This document shows, in pieces, positions 1-11,500 of a stretch of DNA of 64,000 nt. Within the stretch, counting starts at the first letter, position 1. Every line of letters starts with the position of its first letter. Position numbers and translations under genes: made by a program. Source of the stretch: Vitrella brassicaformis CCMP3155 (Eukaryota; Protista; Chromerida); contig CDMY01000603.1 of the NCBI GenBank assembly GCA_001179505.1, forward strand, positions 186,001 through 250,000, given 5' to 3'. The notes beneath the pieces were generated by a model that had not been told where the DNA came from, did no database searches, and was given only the letters and a program-made list of their open reading frames with translations.

Positions 1-580
1 GACCGAGGCCGCGTCTGAGTTCGTGCGTATCGCTGATGGCATGCAATTGAATCGTCAGACCACAGTCAGCGAGACACGAAAAGCGTACTTCCACTCATGC
101 ATGGATGGATGGGCGGATGCGTCTGTGTGCCGATCAGACCAGCTGTTTCCACTGACCGAGAAGGTGAAGTCTACATGCCATCGCACTTCTTGCAAAGGAA
201 CTTGCACATCACAATAAGTGCAGCCATTCAAAATGTCGTGAGTTGAGAAGAGAGCGTGCATGGTCAGAGAGCTCTCAGGTTGTCGCTGCCACATCGCATC
301 GTCCCACCCCTGTTGCCCACTGTGTATTATCGCGACAGGGTGTGGGCGTGTGGGCGTGTGGGTGTCTGAGTGAGTGACTGTCTGAGTGACTGTCTGTGTG
401 TGTGTGTGTGTGAATGAGTGCGTCCCCCACCCGTGTGTGTTGGTTGGCCATGGATGGATCATGTGAATGGAGGGCTTGCAGAGACCCTCCATGGCCAGTT
501 GACGCCTCAATGTGTGTCTGTGTGCGTGTGAGTGTGGTGCATTGAAGCAGCTGGTGCCACGAGAGGCAGCGTGCTGTCAC

Positions 581-790
581 GCCGATCGGAAAGATGCCAC
601 GCCCATCGGAAAGATGTCACGCCCGCCGGAAAGCTGCCACGCCCGCCGGAAAGATGTCACGCCCGCCGGAAAGCTGTCTTTCTGCCTCAGCGAGCTGTCT
701 TTCTGTGCGGAAAGCTGTCTTTCTGTGGCAGAAAGCTGTCTTTTTGATGGACCATCTGGCTTTCTGCAATGGGAAGCTGTCTTTTTGAGT
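581..790. repeat. 20-bp minisatellite (about 5 copies of GCCCGCCGGAAAG[A/C]TG[T/C]CAC) decaying into AAAGCTGTCTTT-type degenerate units
   Basis: Units in exact 20-bp register at 581-680. AAAGCTGTCTTT(C/T)TG-like cores recur at about 20-bp spacing up to ~790. Confidence 0.85.
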
Positions 791-1131
791 GGAGAGGTGT
801 ATTTCTGCAGCGGCAGATGGCTTTTTGCGGCGAAAGCTATCTTCTCCGGCAGATCGCTAGCTTTTGAGCTCGCCATCCAGCTTTTCGCCCAGACCTTGCC
901 TTGTCGTGTCGAATTGCATTCAGGGTCTATCCATTTGTGATCGGATAGAAACAAGCAAAAGCTGGCAATCCCTTCCGTGTTCGTGCAGCCCCCTCTCCGT
1001 GTTGCATGTTCGAACGGGGCGAACGCGTGGCGAGTCCCGACAGCCCAACGGAGGAGGGAACTTCATGCTTGACACACTCGCCTTCCTCCTTCGCCACACT
1101 GCGAGTTCCATGATTTGGGGCCGAGCTAGGG

Positions 1132-2423
1132 ATGGAGATGTCACCGAGGAACAGCCCTTGTCCTCTCTCGCCGGCCAGGGGGATAGCCGCCTTGAAGCCC
1201 TGTCAGGTGCACGGCGACAATGAGCCAGATCTGGATGTGATCAGCATCTCATCCAACCAGCAAGGGACTGACCCCATCGAAGGAGGCAACAGGCGAGCCG
1301 TTGGTGACCACATCGTGCTCACACCTTCCCATATCGGCCACCAGGACGACACACAGGCAGGGGACAGCACCGCGCAACCGCAAGACACCGTTGTTGATCA
1401 TGCTGTCAAGCAGCCCCCCGGCCAGCCCAGCGGCACCCAAGATGACGAAGAACACAGTGCGGGGCAACCACCTTTCTATCGAACAGCACTCTCGTCGACG
1501 AGCACCGCCTTCGCATTGACAGACAAGGTCGCCGCTGCGGAGAAAAATCATCAGCACAGTCAGCCGTGGACCAGAGACACGTGCTGCCGGGTCAGCGCCA
1601 CAAGGCAGCCCCATAAGGATCGCATGAGTGATTACAGAGGAGATGCCGAGGAAAACGTCGACACGAGAGAATCCTCTCGTCGTCAGTTGCGTTGTGAGGA
1701 GCGTGCAATAACGGAGTCGGTACGGGGCTTCAGGTATGATACCGAATTACCTCACAAATGAACGCCTCTCTATTCTCCCTGCCTGTCCACGGAGGCTGCA
1801 GGATACGAAGCGGCATACGAAGAACATCCAACAATTCTCGAGTACAAGACGATAAGCCATCCTGACCGCAGCACAACAGAAGTACTTGTCGGCGCACATT
1901 TCAGCCCAGAGCCGCTTAAGACGACCATCAAGCGAGTCCTTCGAGTTATTCTATGGCAGCTGACGGCGGCCGTCGGCGTTAGTCTGTGTATTGTTGCACT
2001 GTTGCTAATTTGCGTCTATCCGTGCAAAGCGACGGGTGTCCTGGGGATCGCTTTTGACGTCGTGCGTCGAATTCTGGTTGCCTTCACTATGTTCCTGGTG
2101 GTTGTGCACGTCACCGATGGATGCAGCGGGAGGAGGATCGTGTCTCGGCTGTGGAGATATCGGCTTTTATTCAGTATTCCAATGATCGTGTCCATTCTCA
2201 TTTCTGTGGCCAATCACGCCCCCTGGGATGTCATGTGGAGGCGAAATAATATCATCGCTCCGGTTTGGTGGTGCTGCCTTGTTGGGACCCCATATGCATA
2301 CTTTCGGAGCTTCGCTGGGGCCATCGGAATGAAAAACAAACAGGATTACGCCCTGAAGCTTGCAAATGTCTCCTGTCTCGGGGAGGGTTTGGGCCAATTA
2401 TATCTGCAATATATCTTGCCAGT
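1132..2423 (+). CDS. Multi-pass membrane protein, tandem copy A (3' part lost in gap)
   Basis: ORF 1132-1761 (hydrophilic N-terminus) and the same frame after its stop (GYEAAYEE...ILWQLTAAVGVSLCIVALLLICVYP...) give several hydrophobic segments. An intron near 1720-1800 is needed; its exact boundaries are unresolved. Confidence 0.6.
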
Positions 2424-2723
2424 NNNNNNNNNNNNNNNNNNNNNNNNNNNNNNNNNNNNNNNNNNNNNNNNNNNNNNNNNNNNNNNNNNNNNNNNNNNNN
2501 NNNNNNNNNNNNNNNNNNNNNNNNNNNNNNNNNNNNNNNNNNNNNNNNNNNNNNNNNNNNNNNNNNNNNNNNNNNNNNNNNNNNNNNNNNNNNNNNNNNN
2601 NNNNNNNNNNNNNNNNNNNNNNNNNNNNNNNNNNNNNNNNNNNNNNNNNNNNNNNNNNNNNNNNNNNNNNNNNNNNNNNNNNNNNNNNNNNNNNNNNNNN
2701 NNNNNNNNNNNNNNNNNNNNNNN
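2424..2723. other. Assembly gap (300 N)
   Basis: N run with the same length as the other four gaps, so a placeholder size. Confidence 0.99.
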
Positions 2724-4082
2724 TGCGGAGAAGAATCATCAGCACAGTCAGCCGTGGACCAGAGACACGTGCTGCCGGGTCAGCGCCACAAGGCAGCCCC
2801 ATAAGGATCGCATGAGTGATGACAGAGGAGATGCCGAGGAAAACGTCGACACGAGAGAATCCTCTCGTCGTCAGTTGCGTCGTGAGGAGCGTGCGATAAC
2901 GGAGTCGGTACTGGGCTTCAGGTATGATACCGAATTACCTCACAAATGAACCCCTCTCTATTCTCCCTGCCTGTCCACGGAGGCTGCAGGATACGAAGCG
3001 GCATACAAAGAACATCCAACAATTCTCGAGTACAAGACGATAAGCCATCCTGACGGCAGCACAACAGAAGTACTTGTCGGCGCGCATTTCAGCCCAGAGC
3101 CGCTTAAGACGACCATCAAGCGAGTCCTTCGAGTTATTCTATGGCAGCTGACGGCGGCCGTCGGCGTTAGTCTGTGTATTGTTGCACTGTTGCTAATTTG
3201 CGTCTATCCGTGCAAAGCGACGGGTGTCCTGGGGATCGCTTTTGACGTCGTGCGTCGAATTCTGGTTGCCTTCATTATGTTCCTGGTGGTTGTGCACGTC
3301 ACCGATGGATGCAGCGGGAGGAGGATCGTGTCTCGGCTGTGGAGATGTCGGTTTTCATTCGGTATTCCAATGATCGTGTCCATTCTCATTTCTGTAGCCA
3401 ATCACGCCCGCTGGGATGTCATGTGGAGGCGAAATAATATCATCGCTCCGGTTTGGTGGTGCTGCCTTGTTGGGACCCCATATGCATACTTTCGGAGCTT
3501 TGCTGGGGCCATCGGAATGAAAAACAAACAGGATTACGCCCTGAAGCTTGCAAGTGTCTCCTGTCTCGGGGAGGGTCTGGGCCAATTATATCTGCAATAT
3601 ATCTTGCCAGTTGAGGCGTTGCTGCACGATGATAATCAAAAGACCCAGCTGGCGTTAATCTCTCTCATTGTCGGGTGGCCTTTCGTGTCTCTGGTTCGGT
3701 GTGTAAGTACAAACACATCTCCCTACTCGTGTGCATGTGTTTTTCTGTGTCTGCACTTTTGTCGGACACACACAGCGAACAAGCTCTTGCGGTCCATACG
3801 GGTGAGTTACCTTGACAGGTATATAGCGATGAATCCGAGCTCAATTTGTGCGTGTCTGTTAATCAGGATGGACCGCCAACGTATCCTGCGCCCCTGATAG
3901 TCCTTGCAGTGATGGGCTACCTACTAGTCCCTCGAATCCTCCAAGTACAGTGAGATGCTTGTGTGCATATGTAGTGTCTTCTTTATTGGCTGTTTCCGAT
4001 TCATCTCAGGCCAGAATGATTAATTTTCGCAGCAAAGTCATCAACTCGATCATGATCGTCTCGTAAGAAGGACGGAACAGCC
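2724..4082 (+). CDS. Multi-pass membrane protein, tandem copy B (both ends in gaps)
   Basis: Near-identical to copy A. Extra downstream exons, e.g. DGPPTYPAPLIVLAVMGYLLVPRILQ at ~3868-3945. Confidence 0.6.
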
Positions 4083-4382
4083 NNNNNNNNNNNNNNNNNN
4101 NNNNNNNNNNNNNNNNNNNNNNNNNNNNNNNNNNNNNNNNNNNNNNNNNNNNNNNNNNNNNNNNNNNNNNNNNNNNNNNNNNNNNNNNNNNNNNNNNNNN
4201 NNNNNNNNNNNNNNNNNNNNNNNNNNNNNNNNNNNNNNNNNNNNNNNNNNNNNNNNNNNNNNNNNNNNNNNNNNNNNNNNNNNNNNNNNNNNNNNNNNNN
4301 NNNNNNNNNNNNNNNNNNNNNNNNNNNNNNNNNNNNNNNNNNNNNNNNNNNNNNNNNNNNNNNNNNNNNNNNNNNNNNNNNN
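4083..4382. other. Assembly gap (300 N)
   Basis: N run. Confidence 0.99.
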
Positions 4383-6810
4383 ATGCTGTCAAGCAGCCCC
4401 CCGGCCAGCCCAGCGGCACCCAAGATGACAAAGAACACAGTGCGGGGCAACCACCTTTCTATCGAACAGCACTCTCGTCGACGAGCACCGCCTTCACATT
4501 GACAGACAAGGTCGCCGCTACGGAGAAGAAGCATCAGCACAGTCAGCCGTGGACCAGAGACACGTGCTGTCGGGTCAGCGCCACAAGGCAGTCCCATAAG
4601 GATCGCATGAGTGATGACAGAGGAGATGCCGAGGAAAACGTCGACATGAGAGAATCCTCTCGTCGTCAGTTGCGTTGTGAGGAGCGTGCGATAACGGAGT
4701 CGATACGGGGCTTCAGGTATGATACCGAATTACCTCACAAATGAAGGCCTCTCTATTCTCCCTGCCTGTCCAGGGAGGCTGCAGGATACGAAGCGGCATA
4801 CGAAGAATATCCAACAAATCTCGAGTACAAGTCGATAAGCCATCCTGACGGCAGCACAATAGAAGTACTTGTCGGCGCGCATTTCAGCCCAGAGCCGCTT
4901 AAGACGACCATCAAGCGAGTCCTTCGAGTTATTCTATGGCAGCTGACGGCGGCCGTCGGCGTTAGTCTGTGTATTGTTGCACTGTTGCTAATTTGCGTCT
5001 ATCCGTGCAAAGCGACGGGTGTCCTGGGGATCGCTTTTGACGTCGTGCGTCGAATTCTACTTGCCTTCACTATGTTCCTGGTCGTTGTGCACGTCACCGA
5101 TGGATGCAGCGGGAGGAGGATCGTGTCTCGGCTGTGGAGATCTCGAGTTATATTTGGTATTCCAATGATCGTGTCCATTCTCATTTCTGTGGCCAATCAC
5201 GCCGGCTGGGATGTCATGTGGAGGCGAAATAATATCATGGCTCCGGTTTGGTGGTGCTGCCTTGTTGGGACCCCATATGCATACTTTCGGAGCTTCGCTG
5301 GGGCCACCGGAATGAAAAACAAACAGGATTACGCCCTGAAGCTTGCAAGTGTCTCCTGTCTCGGGGAGGGTTTAGGCCAATTATATCTGCAATATATCTT
5401 GCCAGTTAAGGCGTTGCTGCACGATGATAATCAAAAGACCCAGCTGGCGTTGATCTCTCTCATTGTCGGGTCGCCTCTCGTGTCTCTGGGTCGGTGTGTA
5501 AGTACAAACACATCTCCCTACTCGTGTGCATGTGTTTTTTAGTGTCTGCACTTTTGTCGGACACACACAGCGAACAAACTCTTGTGGTCCATACGGGTGA
5601 GTTACCTTGACAGGTATATAGCGATGAATCCGAGCTCAATTTGTGCGTGTCTGTTAATCAGGATGGACCGCCAACGTATTCTGCGCCCTTGATAGTCCTT
5701 GCAGTGATGGGCTACCTACTAGTCCCTCGAATCCTCCAAGTACAGTGAGATGCTTGTGTGCATATGTAGTGTCTTCTTTATTGGCTCTTTCCGATTCATC
5801 TCAGGCCAGAATGATTAATTTTCGCAGCAAAGTCATCAACTCGATCATGATCGTCTCGTAAGAAGGACGGAACAGCCATGTGCCTACATCCATGCGACGT
5901 GAGAGGTATAATGTATCTCGTTTTCTTTTATAATAGCTACGACCTTGTCNNNNNNNNNNNNNNNNNNNNNNNNNNNNNNNNNNNNNNNNNNNNNNNNNNN
6001 NNNNNNNNNNNNNNNNNNNNNNNNNNNNNNNNNNNNNNNNNNNNNNNNNNNNNNNNNNNNNNNNNNNNNNNNNNNNNNNNNNNNNNNNNNNNNNNNNNNN
6101 NNNNNNNNNNNNNNNNNNNNNNNNNNNNNNNNNNNNNNNNNNNNNNNNNNNNNNNNNNNNNNNNNNNNNNNNNNNNNNNNNNNNNNNNNNNNNNNNNNNN
6201 NNNNNNNNNNNNNNNNNNNNNNNNNNNNNNNNNNNNNNNNNNNNNNNNNCCTCACTAAAGCTAACACCTCGATACATTCGTCAGCTGACCGAGCAGATGC
6301 ACGTGAGCTGACGATTGAATACACACACAGACGGACGACAGCATGCTATTGCCCCCTCTCTTTCTCCCTTTATCCCTTCCTCTGCTCAGATGTATTCTCT
6401 AATGGAGAGCACTGTCCTCGTAGCCACGAATCTTGCTGTGATGGTCGGCCATCAATTATGGCCGCCAGGTCCTTCCCTCAGCATCTTTCTTAACGAAGTG
6501 GGCGCCCTGATGGTTTTGGTCTTAATAGAGGCAGCTGCCGAGGCCTTTCTCTTTGTTGTAAGACAACATATCTATGCCGACCACCAATACATATCTTGTC
6601 AATCTGTGCTCTTCTCGCCAGGTGATGATCAGATGGCATAATTTGCCACTCACGGGATCAGGGGAAGAGAGGGGCGTACTGTGGAATCGCACACTTGTGT
6701 GCCTGTGGGCGACTATCCATGTGTCTCTAGGGATTCTGACCTTTTTCTACACCTTTCTGACGAAGGTAGGCCTCTTTCCAGCAACGAATAGGCGGTGGGT
6801 AATTGTGTAG
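4383..6810 (+). CDS. Multi-pass membrane protein, tandem copy C; continues after the 5950-6249 gap with more hydrophobic exons
   Basis: Near-identical to A and B over 4383-5880. After the gap: MYSLMESTVLVATNLAVMVG, VGALMVLVLIEAAAEAFLFVV and TLVCLWATIHVSLGILTFFYTFL. That these belong to copy C is inference. Confidence 0.55.
5950..6249. other. Assembly gap (300 N)
   Basis: N run. Confidence 0.99.
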
Positions 6811-7129
6811 CGAACTCCCCGTGTCCCTTGCTTTGTTTGGCAGGTTGTTGATTCGGACAAGTGGGCCGGTGTCAATGTCGATCCCCATGATTTCTGTCCA
6901 CATTTTTCTTTCGTGCGCGAGTGGGAATACCACAGTAACAGAGTCTGATGTGTATCTTGCGAACAACCATGACTACTCTTGAGTGTCTCGACGTGTTCGG
7001 ATCGGAGATAAGCTGGTCGATGGCAGACAGACAGAAGGAGATGGACAGGCGAGGGTGGGCAATAAGTGAGCTGACGAGGAAAGTGATGTGTCGTGCAAGA
7101 AGTCTTCTTTGATGGCAGCTTCGGCTCAT

Positions 7130-7607
7130 GCCATGTACAGCACGCCGTGAATACCACCGGGACCATTGATTCAGTCCGACAGTGTATATCAGTCAGTCGC
7201 TGCGTGTGTGGCTGTAGGAGACTCTGATGCCCTGCTGGGCCAACTCAGGAGCAAAGTCTCGCTGCACCTCCGCACCCAACTCACCATGGCCAGCATTATA
7301 CTGAAGACAGAGACAGAGACAGACAGACATGCGTTCGCAGGGAGGACACGAGACGCCCCTCAATGCATTGCTGGTGTCTCATTGATCAATCACCTGTGCG
7401 ATCGGCCCAGCTTCAACGGTAGCGCCCCGCACAATGGTCTCCCCCATCCTTGTGCTGGTCATTTCACCCTCACCCAGCTGCCCCTGCCCCCTGCGCAACT
7501 CCTGGCTGTCCTGGCGCTGTGACAGCTCTGGGCCGAGGATTGGTGTCGCAGGCACACCGTCTGGCGACCTCGGAGACGTATGCTGGCTGGCAGATGAGCA
7601 GACGGGC
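7130..7607 (+). repeat. Left arm of ~480-bp inverted duplication (partner 15078-15561)
   Basis: GCCATG(T/C)ACA(G/A)CACGCCGTGAATACC...GCAGACGGG is the reverse complement of 15078-15561, roughly 95% identical by eye. Confidence 0.95.
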
Positions 7608-8220
7608 ATTGTGCGCCAGGAGTGAGGAAGAGGGAGAGGGATGGGCGGCTGGACAGGCTGATGTGGCTCCTGCATGACCAACACAAAAGGGACGACAACG
7701 CAGGCAGAAGTGAGGCGGGCGTGTCTTGTTCTCTGCATCCATGTACTTCTTCGTCGTCGGGCAACTCCACATAGACGTCACGATACTCGACTTCTACCCT
7801 GGGCACATACCTGTGCAGAGGGAGAGGAGGGAGGGAGGGCAGCTAAAAGCACATATTGCATTTGCAATGCCTGTTCTGTGTGTTGGGCATTCCCATGCCT
7901 GATAATCTCTCGTTCGGTGATCCGCGGGACGTATTTGACTCTCTGATGTATGATGGGCACTTCAACATACCTGAAAGAAAGACATCAGAGCATGACAAGA
8001 GCAAGAAGCCATGCTGCTCGAAGGGCCTCTTCAATCGCACCTCACTCTCTCGTACACCGGCTGCACGACCACCTGTCCACGCCAGCACACCCATACGTTG
8101 CCGCACGCAATGCCATGCACCTGTGTTTTCCTGTGCGCCTACAGCTGGGACAATGAAAGGCTGTGGAGAAGGCGGAGGGCGCACATGCATCCAGGGCTGC
8201 ATTCCAGGCGGCTGCATCAT
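7379..8220 (-). CDS. Alveolin / IMC-family cytoskeletal protein (~178 aa, 5 exons)
   Basis: Exons 8220-8143, 8072-8041, 7970-7899, 7810-7747 and 7669-7379 splice in phase to VVVQPVYERVRYVEVPIIHQRVKYVPRITEREIIRYVPRVEVEYRDVYVELP. This matches the V/P/E-rich VEVP/YVPK alveolin repeat. Intron 3 is GC-AG. Confidence 0.8.
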
Positions 8221-8573
8221 TGCAGAAGCCTGCCGGGGTTACCCACTCAAAATTTGACGGGGCGCCTGTGTAACGATCTCTGTCTCAACCTCAATTCCGA
8301 TGCAACGATGGATTTTTCAGCGCTCCTGAGGCAGCGCGGGAACGTGGTGTTTCCCAATGATCCATGCTGCCTCCCGCCAACCCACCGCTCCACTCAGCCA
8401 AGGGACTCAGCCCCGTGCAAGCGCCAGGGGGCCAGTCGGTCTTGATTGAAGGCTTCGAGCAGCCGCCAGCCGCTCAGGACGCTCACTCCACTTCATTGGC
8501 CGCAAAGAGCGATGCTGACGTCTGCTTGAGCGGAGCAGAAGCGGTCATAGCGACGACTGAGTGAGCGACGAGA

Positions 8574-11500
8574 GTGGCGCGAGTGTGGGTGCGGGAGGCT
8601 GACAGCTCGGTCATCAGCCACCGGACTTATCCATTCCTGCCCGACGACGTGAGCAGTGTTGACAGTCGTGTGATATACTTCGAGTGCCGTGAGTGTGACG
8701 AAGTGGCTCGTGAAGGGCCAGAGAGGGACGCCGGGCAGCATCACAAGCACGGCTGCAGCAGATTCACACCGCCACAGCAGCATCAGCATCAGCAACAGCC
8801 GGCACAGGAGACCCTAGCAACACAAGCTGGCGAGTCAATGGTGAGAGCAGGCACAACCACAAACACAAGCACCACGCGGTTGACTCATTGCTTGTCTTGC
8901 TGCTTGCTTCCTTCGTTCACTCAGCCTCCCCCGCAGCACCTCATCGCCGACCTAGATCACAAGCAGGTGCGGTCCTTCTCAGTCGCCGTCCGCCTCTCAC
9001 CCAACTTCCCGCAGGAGCTGGAGGGCACAGGTGTGCCTGCCGTGCTGCTCGTCGAGCCTCACGACCCCTCCGCGCCCATCTACATCGCCGAGGGGTTCGA
9101 CTACCTGTCGTTCCTGCGCCAGCGCCGCAACCAGAACGACCTCCACCCCAACCTATCCGACAACGACATAGAGAGCATGCGCGGCGACAGCCCCCATCTG
9201 ACCACCTACGCCTTCTTCGCCGGCAAGGACCTCGACGCCGTCTCGGGCAGCTCCAGGACGCGGCTCGTGCAGCCGGCCACGGCGAGGCTGTGGGTCAAGG
9301 GGCGGGACTGCACCACAGTGGCTGAGGAGCGGTCCTACTTGTTTCTTCACTGCGGTCTGGACAGCCCTGGCGAGGTGATGGTGGCCAAGTACTGCGGCCT
9401 GTGTCGGGGGACGGCGGTGCAGTTCGAGCCGGTGGACCACAAGATGACATGCCCGCTGCGGACGGTGTGGGGTGGGCTCATGGACGCTGCGGTGAGTGAG
9501 GCTGGCCGGCTGGCTGGCTAGGAGGGGGGAGGGCGGGGGTACATTCAAAAAGAGGGAGTAAGTGTGTGGTTTGTTGGTGGTTCTGCAGGCTGCTGGTGCG
9601 GTGCCCTTCATACCCATGGTTGGCGTCGGCGGCCTCACGAACGGCCTGCAGGAACCGAAGCAGCAGCAGCAGCAGGAGGCATCGCAGCAGCTAGCGAATG
9701 GACAGCGCCCTGGACTCATGGTGAGACCAACAGACAGACTACACCGCAACCACACCCATTCCATGGCCGCCGTGGTTGCTGCATTCAGGTTCCCCTCCCT
9801 CGAAGCCTTGCTCCTCCCATGACACGCATCAACGACTCCTTCTCGGCCGCGCCCACCCCGCTGTTCCTCCTCGCCCGTGACGGCGGCCCCATCACTGCCG
9901 AGCAGCTCAAGGACCTCGGCGCGCAGCAGATGACCATCGCATGCACCGACCTCGAGTGGACGCCTCTTCAGATGGCATCACACATGGGCCACATCGACGT
10001 TGTCCAGGCACTCCTCAGCCACCCCCTCGCCCCAGCCCTCATTAACAAGGCCATCGACCACCAGACCCCCCTGGTGCTCGCCGCGACAGCCAACCATGAC
10101 GATGTGGTGCAGTGCCTGCTGGAGGCTGGCGCGGACCCCACCACACGGACAGAAGACCAGCGCGGTGACACCCTCGTGCACCTCTGTGCGCGGAAGGGAT
10201 GCACAGAGGCCCTGTGGAAGCTCGGCGACTTCGATCGCAGTCTGCTGTCGCTGCCCAACCGGTGCGGGGAGACCCCTCTGAGCGCAGCCGTCAAGGCCGA
10301 CGAGTCGGGTGCGGTGACCTGCCTCCTCGACATGGGCGTCGACTTCAAGATGGTGACGAGCCACCTGCCCACCCAGCCAGACCACAAGAGGCGGCAAGCC
10401 ATTCCTCAGGGAGGAGCGGTGGTGCCATGGGCGGCGGAGGGGTCCATCGGGTCGGCAACAGCAGCAGGAAGAGAGGGCTCGTGTGACAGTGGTGGTGCAG
10501 AAGCTGAGGGTGTGATGGCTCGTGTCAAGAAGGAGGAGGAGGAGCTGGGTATTGGGGCGCTGGCCCAACCACTGGTTCCTATGCCATTAGCGACCGAAGC
10601 ACTTCCCCAATCACCACTCGAATCACCGGTAAGGGCAGGGCATGCACATCGGACAGCCAGACTGCGCAATCACCCCATCCATCCATCCATCCATGTCTCC
10701 TTGTCCGTCAGCAGGGAGGCCCGTTTGACGTGTTTCGCGGCACTGGCGCCCGCTACTCATTCGGCTTCCTGCTCGACCGCTACCCAGCCCACCGTTCGTC
10801 CCTGCCCTTCGTGAAGCTGCTGAGCTTCTTCCTGGAGAACCGCACCTACAACAACCGCAACGAGGCCCGATACGACTTCCTGCGCATCACACGCGGCGAC
10901 CTGAACTGCGTCAACCTCAAGAACGCGATAGCCAAGATGGTGGTGGACGGCCAGCCGGCCGACTACTTCGTCACCTGCGACCCGGGCAAAGGCTACCGAG
11001 GTGGGGGAGACAGCGCCAGGGAGAGGAGGGACAAGATACCTGAGGAAATCCAACACGTAAGCAAGCAAGGACATCCATCCGGCCATCCATCCATCCATCC
11101 ATCCATCCATCCGGCCATTCATTCAACTCTCTGCCTGCTTCAGGTTCGTTTCAACACGTCCTATGTGGTTATCGATCGCAATACGGGTGGCGAGTTGCGT
11201 CGGTGCAAGTCGCGGAAGAGCTCCAAGGACACACTCACTTCTGTCGACAACTTCCTGGCCAGCCTTTACCGTGAGCAAGACGCTGGCTACCGCCCGAGGG
11301 CTGCCGTACTGGTCATCAAGAGTATACAGGCCCAGGCTCAACGCAACTACCGAACCGCCGATCTCTCGTAAGCTAACTGACTGACAGGAGCTCACAGGGG
11401 GAGACTGCCATGCGACGCCTTTGTGCATGTCATGTGTGTCCTCCCTCAGTTGGCGGAAGGATAGCGGCATTCAGGACCTATGCGTTGCGTTCGGTGAAGA

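Larger units (their letters stand above)
1399..5949 (+). repeat. Tandem direct segmental repeat: three diverged copies of a unit of at least 1.5 kb, separated by gaps
   Basis: 1399 matches 4383. 1537 matches 2724 and ~4518. 4000-4082 matches 5796-5878. Copies differ by scattered substitutions. Confidence 0.95.

Noticed and set aside
1-560. Possible exons of an upstream gene
   Set aside because: Splice-like signals are present, but no recognisable protein or consistent phase could be established.
581-790. CRISPR-like array
   Set aside because: Units are contiguous with no unique spacers, the context is eukaryotic, and there are no cas genes.
2265-6493. Long ORFs containing X runs
   Set aside because: Artefacts of translating through N gaps; the same applies near 45.9 kb and 55.5 kb.
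8562-8564. Second selenocysteine codon
   Set aside because: The TGA does not align with a Cys in the other three domain copies, nearby frames are also disrupted, and no SECIS was noticed after 13933.
10900-11260. DUF3223/DCL or Tpt1-like assignment of the unknown domain
   Set aside because: Only vague resemblance; the diagnostic motifs (HP, RCF; RH, QGHS) are absent.
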